Program-made: the position numbers and the translations under genes
Assembly: GCF_009914755.1 (NCBI RefSeq)
Contig: NC_060946.1
Reading direction: 5' to 3' (one strand)
Origin: the human T2T-CHM13v2.0 reference genome, Homo sapiens
Length of the DNA stretch: 64,000 bases
The notes under the pieces: generated by a model
The model's input: only the letters and a program-made list of their open reading frames with translations
The model's database searches: none
What the model was told of the DNA's origin: nothing
Part shown: one piece after another, positions 31,967-42,509 of the stretch
Numbering within the stretch: the stretch's first letter is position 1
Layout of the letters: each line of letters starts with the position of its first letter

Positions 31967-32299
31967 AGTGTCCACTCCCACAAATTCTTGCTAAGTCAGA
32001 ACCCAGAACATGAGAAAGAATAAAAAATACTTTGGCAAATACAGAGTGCTGGAACCGGAAGAGGTCATCAAATCAGCCCATTTCACAGATGTGGAAATCA
32101 AGTCCCAGAAAGTAGTAGCGGCTTTCCTAGTATTCAGGACCCCAAGACCCCAGGGTTCCTCATCACCCCTGAGAGCAACTCTCTGGATCTTCCCATTCAG
32201 CTGACGGGCCTCCCCCATTCCTTCAGTTTCCAGTCCCTGGAGTGGGATTCTCCCTCCATTGTCCTCCTTTTGGGCCAACCTTCTCCCACACCATCGCCT

Positions 32300-32710
32300 C
32301 TCTTAGCTCAATGTCCCAGAAGAGCATTACCAGCAGCTGCTTAGCTCAAATTATAGCTTCTTTAGACAGAAAGAAAACATGGGATAAGAGATCCAGGCAA
32401 ACATCGCCACTCTAAAGAGGCTCTCCTCAGCCTGTTATGAGTGAGGAGTTTGTTTTTTGTTAATATTTTTTCTGCATGGCGTGCTGCAAATAAGAACATT
32501 CAGAGAGCAAATTGGTGGCGTATTTATTGCTGTTGGTTCTTCAGCAGCACTAAGCCAGTAATAACGGAGAAGCTGCTTGAAGTGTGAGCTCAATTCCACC
32601 TGGTTAAAGCGATCAGGGCTCCGCTCCGGGGCTGTGTTTTGTCAAGTAGACACAGAGCACAACCCCAGAATGCCCAAACTAATAGCATAATCGGACTGAG
32701 ACTTCCGCAT
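32300..32710. promoter_or_regulatory. Candidate conserved enhancer
   Basis: Repeat-free, retained CpGs, TTTAT/TAAT/GCAAATA motifs. Confidence 0.45.
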
Positions 32711-32974
32711 GCTCCCCACATCCCTGCGGGTTCCCTGGGGCAGCAGGCTGGGCTCCGAGCTCCAGGTGCCCACCCGGTGCCCAGCCCAGACCTAGAGAAG
32801 ACTGGTGCCTCTCCCTACCCAGCCAAGCCATGCTCTTAGCATTGTAACTTGCCCCTGGGTGCCTGAGAGGGATGGCAGTGTGAGACCTAAGTCATGCACC
32901 CAGGAGGTTGGGGGTGTCCCCTAAAGTAGAGGGTTTCACAGAGAAGATACCAAGAGGGTTGTCTTAAAGTCCAG

Positions 32975-33165
32975 CACTGGCAGTTCCTGGTTGAATGACC
33001 TTGAGCAAGTTACTTAACCTCTCCATCCGTACCTCTACTTCTCTGTAAGTAAAATGGGTATAATAATAAATACCTACATCGTAGAGTCACTATGAGGATT
33101 AAACTGAGTTAATACATGAGAAGGGAATCCTTTAGAACAGTGCCTGGCCCTTGGTAAAAATTACA
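32975..33165 (+). mobile_element. MIR SINE
   Basis: TGACCTTGAGCAAGTTACTTAACCTCTC..AAAATGGGTATAATAATA..TGAGGATTAAA..AGAACAGTGCCTGGC. Confidence 0.88.
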
Positions 33166-33176
33166 CAAGCACTGGG

Positions 33177-33532
33177 TTTTATTTATTTAAAATCTGTCGC
33201 CTAGGCTGGAGCAGAGCGGCTCAAACATAGTTCACTGCAGCCTCAAACTCCTGCGCTCAAGTGATCCTCCCTCCCCAGCTTCCATAGTAGCTGGGACTAT
33301 AGGCATGCACCACCATACCCAGCTAATTTTTTTAAACTTTGTGTAGAGATAAAATTTTAATTTTGTGTAGAGGGGCATCTCACCATGTTGTCCAGGCTGG
33401 TCTCAAGGCAGAATCCTGGTGGCTCAAAAATCTTGATGATCCCAGAATTACAGAACTCTTGGGCTCAAGGGATAGCCCCACCTCTGTCCCCGAAAGCTCT
33501 GGGATTACAGGTATGAGCCACCATGCCTAGCC
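33177..33532 (-). mobile_element. Alu SINE (AluJ) carrying a 48-bp non-Alu insert
   Basis: Reverse AluJ; foreign sequence at 33409-33456. Confidence 0.93.
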
Positions 33533-33759
33533 TTGGGTTTTTACGGGAAAGATAACAAGGTCTGGAGTCTGCAACCTGGACTTTGCACACTGTGTGAACC
33601 TGAGTGGGTCACTTCAGCTCTGGTTTCTTTTTCTGAACAGACACGAGGTGATAACTCATGCCTATGTCACCAGGGCCTGTGAGGGTTAACCAGCGTAAGG
33701 AGTGTTGATGGGTTTTGTAAACAGTGCTGTACGGATACTGGTTTTGTGGCCCGGTCGGG

Positions 33760-34210
33760 GCCTCTTGGGAAACAGTGTAGTATGCTGCTGGTGAGAGTGT
33801 GAATTATGACAACCACTTGGAAAAGAATTTGGCAATGTAGCCTCATGTGGAAGATGCACATACCCTCTGACTCAGCAATTTCACCCCTAAGAAGACGCCC
33901 AAAAAGAATTCTGGCTGATGTGCTCAAGATATACACATGGATGCTCATAGCAGTGTGTTCAAGGGAGTTTTGGGCGAGAAAACACCTTAGTGCCATGGCC
34001 AGGAGATCGCATGAATCAACTGTGGCACAGCTAAGCGAAGGACTCCCACACAGCCCTAAAAATGAATTAACCACATCACTATGGAACGATACCAGGGAAT
34101 CTTTTCCTGGTGGAATAGCTCTGTATCTTGACTGTTGGGATGGTTATTCAAACCTACACACATTTTCAAGAACTGTACACCTGGGGTCGGGGGAAGAAAT
34201 AAAAGATGCA

Positions 34211-34241
<31 letters not shown>

Positions 34242-34960
34242 CAAAAAACTGATGACATCTGAATATGGTCCACCCCTGAGTTAATAGTATTGTCCAGTGG
34301 TTAGGTGCATGGGCTCTGGGTCCCACAGATCCAGGGGTGTGTTTTGTCTCATCCAAGCTAAATCATCCCAAGCTGAGTCTCCACAGTAGTAACCTCAGTG
34401 AGATTGTACTATTGTGTCAATTTCCTGTTTTGATCATTTTTACTATGGCCTTGAAAGGTATTATCATTGGGGGAAGCTGGGTGAAGGGTTCACAGGTTCT
34501 CTCTGTATTATTTTTTCAACTTTGTGTGAGTCTTTAATGATTTCAAAAAAAAAGAATTAAAACTGATTAATTAATTAATTACGGTGCATGCGACAACATA
34601 AAGGAATCTCAAAACAGAATGAGGAAAGATAAAGAAGAAAATACACAGTGGGATTCCATTTATACTGAGTTCAAAAACAGGCAACCCCTACACTATAGTA
34701 TCTAGGAATCTTATACACGTAATAAGTCACTAACAAAGAGCCAACCCTGAACCCGGAAGAGGGGTTCGCCTTGGCAATAGAGACAGGTAGGTAGCAAGTG
34801 TGGTGGAGTCCACAGGGCTTAGCCGCATGGGTAGCATTGCATTTCTCAAGCTCGGTGGTGGAGAGGCTATTGTTTGTTTGGTTTTGCTTTGTCCCTTATG
34901 CCTACCTTATGTATTTCATTTCATTTGTATAAAATATCTCCATAAAAATAAGTTTTAAAA
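33760..34960 (+). mobile_element. L1M/L1ME 3' fragments with internal poly-A and a 114-bp foreign insert
   Basis: TGACTCAGCAATTTCAC; GTTAATAGTATTGT..TCAATTTCCTG..GGGGAAGCTGGGTGAAGGG..CTCTGTATTATTTTTTCAAC. Confidence 0.8.
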
Positions 34961-35278
34961 AGGGTTTGGTCTTTGGAGTCAGAAAGTCCTGGGTCAAGTG
35001 CTGGCTTTGCTGCCTAGCAGCCAAGTGACCTTGGCCAAGTCACTTCTAGGCCTCAGGGTCCTCTGTGTGGAGCCTACTGGGAAGGAAGACGGCTGTCTTA
35101 TTATAGGGCCTTCCTAGAAAAATGACCTCCCAGCACCTTCAGGTATCTGGGCCTCCCTTTTTCTACAGGGACTTGGGGTAAGGCCTGAATGGACAGCTTT
35201 GCCCAACTGTGCGGCCCTGTAGGGGCACTACCCACCCATGTCCCTGATGTTTTCTGCTGGGAAAGGGAATGTGAACTC

Positions 35279-35566
35279 TATTATTATTATTTTTTGACAG
35301 GGTCTTACTCTGTTGCCCAGGCTGCAGTGCAGTGGCACAATCATGGCTCACTGCAACCTTAAATTCCCAGCCGTCGTCCTCCCTCAGCCTCCCGAGTAGC
35401 TGGGACTACAGGCACACATCACCATGCCCAGCTAATTTTTTTGTTTTGTTTTGGGTTTTTTTTGTAGAGACAGGGTTTTGCCATGTGGCCCAAGCTGGTC
35501 TCGAACTCCTGAGCTCAAGTGATCCTCCCACCTCAGCCTCCCAAAGTGCTGGGATTACAGGTGCAT
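35279..35566 (-). mobile_element. Alu SINE (AluJ), 5' end missing
   Basis: Reverse AluJ ending at GGGATTACAGG. Confidence 0.94.
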
Positions 35567-37955
35567 GTTTAACATTGCTCCAGGTGTGTGCTTGCCCTGT
35601 CTCAACAACCCCTTCCCCAGCTTATCTCTCCCACTGAGAAGGAGTCACCCCAAGTTGCTTAGATTTGGGGCAGTGACTGGGCCAGGTTTGCCAGTGGCAG
35701 GGCCTTCTCCTGCATGGAATGGCCAAGCTTCCCTGCTTCCTATCTTTCTCTGATTTACCCACATGGGTACAGATCTTGTTGCTTTTCTCTTCTGCAACAC
35801 GCTAGAGCAAGGCAAGCTTCCTCATTTGACTTAGATGGATAGTCAGCCCCTTAGACCTCATGCCTAGACCCAGCTGGGCCAACCCTCATGAACAACCATG
35901 CAAAGTTCACCTTCCTATCCCACTCTTCCCATCCATATTACACTTGCAGACCTTTTCCCATTTATTGCTTTGAACAATTTAATTCTACTCCTCAGAGGGA
36001 CAGACCTGGTTCTGTGTTTAAAGCTCAAACACCAAGGCAAGCTCGACCACTATTCACCTCTCTTCATTTGCTCTTATGAAACATCACTGCTGTCCAGAAT
36101 AAACCTTAGTCTTTTTTTTCCCTTGCTCCCAGCTCCCTAGATATGTGTGAATATAAAATATAAATATATGTAAATATAATTCTTTGGCCGTTTGTGTTCA
36201 AGATTTAGAATTTCCTCCTAGAGGGAAAAGGCAGGAAGGGAATGGCTTGTAAGCACAGGCTGTGCTTCATTAAGAAGCGTGTTTGGGGTGGCGATCACTT
36301 TTCTCTAAGCTAGACAAGCCGGCTGGAAGCTGACCTCTGTACATCCTGAAATTTCATCAACTCCTTCTCTCCTCCAAAGAGCCTCTCCCAACCCCTCCTC
36401 CACCGTAACAGAGCCCCTTCCTTCCTGTCTCCCCAGGGACCTCCAGGGGTCACAGGGACTGCGTGAAATGCGCTCCTCCACTCCGATCCAAGGGGCTCTG
36501 GGCTTCCAGACGGCTTTAGATGCCTGGCAGTCGGCCCACCGGCACGTGATGGGGCCCCAGGTCACGAACAACGGGGCTGGAGGGCTACAGCTGAGCGTCT
36601 GGAGGGGACAGCCGCAGCCTGCCGCCTGAATTGATGGAAAGGAATCCTTGCCCTAATTTTCGCAACAGACACATGTTGTAACACTCTGTGTCTTTAACAA
36701 AACCCTTTCATAATAACAATAAACAGCAATGTCAATAATAACACTGATAATGATAATTGCCCTATTTGAGAGCTCACCATCTCCAAGAGGGCTGGAAATG
36801 GTGACAGCCACTGACTGGCTTGCTTCTTAGATGCTACCGTTTTATCAACACTAGAGCATCCAGTTCTCACATCTATCCTCCAAGGGAGGACTGATGATTC
36901 TCCCCATTTTACAGACAAGGAAACTGAGGCTTAAGGGAGGGTTGGCTCCTGTCAGGGGCACTTACATGGTAAGGGGTAGAGCCTGGAGTTGTAACTTAGG
37001 CCACATCTTTCTCTCCAGTCCCAACATTCAGCTCTGTAAGGAGACATCAGAATGATGCTTCTTCCTGGATTTAGTTCAATGAGAAGGCTCATCCTGAGCC
37101 AGAACCCTTGCTAGGTGACCCTGGGGCTCCCAAATGGCCTCAACTATAAAATTCCAAGATTCCCAACCAAGGCCTATCCCGACACAGCCTTATGAGAAGG
37201 CAGTTGCCTGCCAACCCCCCAGCATGTGGGCTATCCCAGCCTTTGTAATATCAGAAATATTGAAAATAGCTTACAGACACTCGCCCGCCACTGTCACCTT
37301 TGGAGCCAGCAGGGTACCCCCCAGTGCCTGACTTTCTGGGGACATCCAGGGCCACCATGCTGGTTTCAGTTCTGGGCAGGCCAGAGGGCAGTTCCGCAGG
37401 AGGTAGAACCTCCTGGTGTTCGGGACTTAACCTCTCTCGCCCAGAGTCAGCTAGTTGTGAGGGAGCAGGGGTGGGGGTGGAGGGCCCCTCAGCTGGCGGG
37501 ACATCAAAACCCACACAAAACGCTTCCATGTGGTACCAGCCCTCGGCCCACGTCCTTCACGTCGGATTAATCCTCCAGCTTCTCGGACAGACGTGTCCTC
37601 ACCACTCTGCTTTCATGTTTGCCCACAATTTGAATGTCATCACACAAAATCAAGGCTAATTGTGAACAGACCTCCCCCTCTCCCCGGGCTGCCTCCCCTC
37701 CCCCTTCCTCCTTCCCTGTCCACATCTGGATCCCACAACCTCTCTCGGGGACCTTGGAGACCTGCTTAGGCTGCGAACTCTGAGAATCTAACCTGATTTC
37801 CTTTTCCCGTCTCCCAGCCTCCTAAATATATATCGTGGAATGTTCTTTACTTTCCTTTGCCATTGACTTTGCTGTAGCCATTGCCCAGATGACCGTAGGA
37901 ATTCTCCACCTTTCTGGGCTCTCTCCAAGTGGAGAGCAAAGCTCTGGGCAAAGTT

Positions 37956-38234
37956 GGCTGGGTGCCGTGGCTCATACCTGTAATCCCAGCACTTTGGGAG
38001 GCCAAAACAGGAAGATTACTTAAGCCCAGGAGTTCGAGACCAGCCTGGGTAACAAAGTGGAACTGTGTCTCTACAAAAAAATACGAAGATTAGCTGGGCA
38101 TGGTGCCATACACCTATGGTCCCAGCTGCTTGGGAGGCTGAGGTGGGAGGATTTTTTGAGCCCAGGAGTTAGAGACTAGGCTGGGCAGCATAGTGAGACC
38201 CCATCTCAAAACACAAGGCAAAATAAAATAAAAT
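37956..38234 (+). mobile_element. AluJ-like dimer with an atypical right arm
   Basis: TSD AGCTCTGG(G)CAAAG; second arm ends with left-arm-type sequence. Confidence 0.9.
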
Positions 38235-39477
38235 AGCTCTGGCAAAGCCAGGGGAAACCTTCCCTCCACTCAGCCTGCCAGCCACATCCCGCTCTCCCAA
38301 CACATACCCATTTCACATGTGCGGCAGCCCATCAGGCTATATCATATACTCACCTGCCTCTTGTGCCCAGACCAGGTTGTGACATGTCACTCACAGTACA
38401 TGGGACATGGTCCAGCTTGATAAGGCTCCCTGAGCTGAGAAAAGGAATTTGGTACAGGAGAAACGGGAGTGTTTGTCATCCTCAGAGAACTCCAAAAAGA
38501 GAATCTTTGGTGTTTCCTGGGAGCCTGTTTGCTACAGGGAATCTCTGGGTGCTGAGAGTCCCTTGGGGGTGGAATGGGTGTTGGCAGGGACTTGGGGCTC
38601 CAGAGAAGGAAGGTCTCTGGGGACAGGAATTCTAGGAGAAGGAGTTTTCAAGCACTGGTGAATGTTTACTGTGTGGTCCAAGCACCCCAAACAGCAATTC
38701 CTCGGGTTGTGGTGACACCCATCCTCTCCACTTAAAAAGTCATATCATTTCAGAGTCCAAAAGAGGCTGATATGACTCAAGGGCCCACTGCCTACAGGAG
38801 AAAGCTGAGGCCTGGAGAGAAGAGAATGGCCAGCCCAAGGTTCAAGAGAAAGTCAATTCTTTGGCCCCAGGGGGGCCTTTGCCTAATGTTGCTTTCTGGA
38901 AAAGATGGCAATGAATACCACTTATAGCCTGCACTGGCTGCTGGGGAATCCTACAGAAGATGACCCCACCCTAGAGACATCCAAGAGGCGACCTAAGAAT
39001 CTGAGTTTGGATCTGCGCTCTGCAAATACCACTTAACTGTGGAGCTGATAGTGCAGGGCTGTCACCACACCCAGGCAACACGTGCAGAAGAGCAGATCCA
39101 AAGGAAGGAATAAAGGTTCCGGAACCAGACCCCTGGTGGGCTCAATCCACTTCATCCACACACCACGCTGTGAGCAGCGACCTAACCTCTGCAGGATGGA
39201 GTTAGTTTCCACGACTCCCTCCCCAGCCACAGTACCAGCTCCTTCCTGCGGGTGTTTGCCGAGTGCCAGGGAGTAAACAGAGCGCCAGGGAGTAAACAAA
39301 GTGTTTAGCCCTCGTGTCATCCTAAACTATCATCATTCCCATTCCCAGGAGCAGAAACTGAGGCTCTGACATACATAAGGACACACAAGAAGTCAAGATT
39401 CAAAGCGATTAGAGGAATGACTAAATGACAACAAGAACTATTTAATAAACCAGTTACTATAATCAGCAAGGGGAGCG

Positions 39478-39513
39478 ATGAATGAGTGAGTGAATGAATG
39501 AATGAATGAATGA
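39478..39513. repeat. (TGAA)n simple repeat
   Basis: Direct reading; typical of an L2 3' tail. Confidence 0.9.
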
Positions 39514-39519
39514 AAATTT

Positions 39520-40030
39520 GCCCTTCTCCTGGGCTCTAGGACACATTTGGCAATTTCCTCTGCACTGATGGAGAAATACCCGCACTTCATTTCCAAGGAC
39601 TGCAGAAGGGAATTTAAACGCACACGCTCCCCTATCGTTGGCATCTGCCAAGAACGAGGCTGAAGCTTGCTCGGACAAATGAAATTCTGACAAAGCATGT
39701 CACAGGCTTGAAGCATCTGTCACTGACTGGGAGAGACGCACATTTGAATCTGAGAGAAGTGCCGCTCGCCTGCAAATGACAATTGTGCAGTCCGGTCCGA
39801 CTTTCCCTCTGACCTTCTGGCCAGCTCCAAAGGGCTCTCTCCTGTAAACATCCTCCAAATAGTTTATCTTAATAAAAGCGCCTGTAATGGAGACGGAGTT
39901 AATTTGAAATGGTTTCCTTGGCCGTTTATCTTGTCAGCCAATTGCTGAGAGAGGGCTGAAGTCAATATTGCCTTAGCCGTGGTGGGGTCCTGCAGGCCTC
40001 GGACTCATCCTGGGATCACGCGACCGACGT
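39520..40030. promoter_or_regulatory. Candidate conserved enhancer
   Basis: Repeat-free; TGACA/TGTCA repeated, ACAATTGT, TGTAAACA, TAATAAAA, TTATC, many CpGs. Confidence 0.5.
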
Positions 40031-40699
40031 GACAGCCGACACTGTTCCATGAAGCACGGAGGAGCCTCAGTGGGTGATGGCAGCCAGTGCTGGACTTGAT
40101 CTCAGACAACTTTGCAGGCTAAGCTCCCACACACCATGCTCCTTGTCCCGCAGTTCAGAAAGCAGAAGATAGGCAACTAGATGACCACTTTACAGATATA
40201 GAAACTGAGGCACAGAAAGAAGAAATGGCAAATTTGCGGTCGCCTAGCAAATTACTGGGAAGACTAGAAATAGTGTTTCTTTTCCTGAACACACACGCAA
40301 TCACTGGCTAATTGCTTGGTGCTGCAGATGCAAAGTTAAATAAATCACAATAGGAACCCCCAGGACTCCCTATCTCCAGTTAGTAAAAAGAATAGGGGCT
40401 TTGGAAACGGAAAGACCCGAATACAAATTCTGTATCAGCTGCTTCCTGGCTACATCACTCAGAGGACATCGCTTAACTTTTCTGAGTCCCAAAAAGAAAA
40501 GTGATACTATTTTCGCAGGAAGGCTTTGAGGGTCAGATGTCTTTGCACGGGGATAGAAAGGCCTCGCGCCGTGCCTGCCACAGAAGTGTCCTCTCACCAA
40601 GTGTGAATTCCCTCCTCCAGTGCCTAATCCAGCGCCTTTTCACCCAGTTCTCTCTGTCTTCCCATTCTGCTGAGGCCTGAGCCTCCCCCTGCCCGACCC

Positions 40700-40950
40700 T
40701 GGACCTTGCAGATGTGGCAAACGCGGAAAACATTAGGCTCGCTGGCGATTGTCTGCACGGCCGTGTTTATGTTTGCAATAAAAGCAAGCAGGTGCTGGCA
40801 ATTTAGCTAATCAGGTACCATCCCGGCCCCAGACGCCTGCCCGACTGCCCGCCGTCACTGCTCAATGTGGCTTTCTCCAAGCCTGCAATTAGCCTGGTCC
40901 CCCAGCCCTGCACACGGCTCAGATTACCCCCACAGGATGCACAAATGGCC
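40700..40950. promoter_or_regulatory. Candidate enhancer
   Basis: TGTTTATGTTTGC, CAATAAAA, CAGGTG, TAATC, CpG-rich. Confidence 0.45.
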
Positions 40951-41394
40951 AAATGGATGGTCCCTCGGCAGTCCATGACCAAAGGCATGGGGTTGAAACC
41001 TCTTCAGGCCTGTGCCCTCTGCAACATCAAAACAGGCCTCTCTTGCCCTCTGTGGAACCATTTTTTGGGGTCAAGCCTGCTAGAGGAATGGGCTCTGTCT
41101 GGAGTTTCCTCAGGGGAAGATGAACAACGTATAGAAGTGGTACAGTCCTCAGACCCTCAGACTCACCCCAGCCTGGGTCAGGCTATGTCCGTCAAAGTCA
41201 CTTGATCACCTTGGCCTGCAGAATCTAACAGAACAATCTCTAACCCTGAGCATTTAGCAGTGTCAGGTACACCACCCAGGGATGGACATTCATGAGCCCT
41301 GCTTGCCAGGCTCTGTGTGACCCCAGATACACCCCACTGACCGGTCTGAACCTCAGTTTCCTCATCTGTCAAACAGGTAGATTAGACCAGTTCA

Positions 41395-41609
41395 AGGTCT
41401 CTCAGCCTCAGCACTACTAATGCTTGAGCTTGGAGGGTTCCTGTTGGGGAGCCGTCCTGTCCATTGCAGGATGTCAAGCAGCATCCCTGGCCTCTACCCA
41501 CTGCATCCCAGCAGCCGCCCCCTCCAGTTGTAACAACCAACAACATCTCTAGACATTGCCAAACCTCCTCTGGGTGCAGAGACAACATCACCCCCAGTAG
41601 AGACACTGG
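41395..41609. mobile_element. MER20 hAT-Charlie MITE
   Basis: CTCAGCCTCAGCACTACT..GCAGCATCCCTGGCCTCTACCCACT..CCAGTTGTAACAACCAA..AGACATTGCCAAA. Confidence 0.88.
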
Positions 41610-42305
41610 AGTAGAGCCAGCCCCAGCTGCACAGCAGATCCCCTTGGGAGGACTTGGAGAGGTGAATGGTGCTCTGCTCCATAGTTCAGATGCAACCGCT
41701 CTGGGTGGCAGCCCAGGCATTCATGCTGTCGGTTTCAAAAGTTCCCCAGGGATTCGAATGACCTGATAAGGTTGAGACCCACGGGGGGCTCAAAGATCTG
41801 TGAGGACCACCACCCCCACTTTTTGTGGGCAGAGATGTCCTTACAGAAGTTCAGCACAACCTTTCCCAGCCCAGGTCCAACCCATTTCCCCAGCTGCACC
41901 ACAGGCCTCCAGGGACCCCCACCTGGAGGGTCTTGTGTGGTGCTTTTATTTTTCTTAGCAGACATTATTTAACCAATTCTGAGTTGAACAGAATCCAATA
42001 AAATGCAGTCCCTACAACATTTTATGGCTAATTGGTTTGACTGGTACATTGTAAATGTGTAAAGGGACTCTAGTGAGGGAAGCGGGAACCTGGTTAACCT
42101 TTCCGTGGGGCTTAGCTCATTGGGGTGTCTCTCTTAGGCCTGTCCAGCCTAGGGAGCACCTCCTCTTGCCCACTGAGGGGACTCCAGCCCTCAGAGCTTC
42201 CAGCTCTTCTCCCAGGTAAGGTGTCCCAGGACCAAGGCCTCCTGGCAGCCCTGAGCACTGATCTCATCCTGCTGAGACAAGGTCCCCTGGGGAATCCTGG
42301 CCCGG

Positions 42306-42509
42306 CCCTCCCTTCCTTCTTCCTCCCTCCTCCCTGTTTCTCTGCTCCCTCCTCCCTGTCTCCCTCTTCCCTATATCTCTCTTTCCCGCTCCCCACCTCT
42401 CCTCCTTCCTCCCTTCCTCTTTCTTCCCTGCCTCCTCCCCTCCCTGCCTCTTCTTCCCTCCTCCCTTCCCTCCTCCTTCATCTTCCCTTCTCCCTGCTCC
42501 CCTCCTCCC
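42306..42509. repeat. Polypyrimidine/polypurine low-complexity tract
   Basis: About 200 bp almost entirely C/T on the + strand. Confidence 0.92.

Noticed and set aside
34197-34248. AATAAA followed by a long poly-A, suggesting a processed pseudogene
   Set aside because: The upstream sequence is an L1M-type 3' end; no ORF remnant or TSD
39830-39920. Possible miR-30 family precursor
   Set aside because: The match stops after 13-14 nt and no complementary 3' arm (GGATGTTT..) follows
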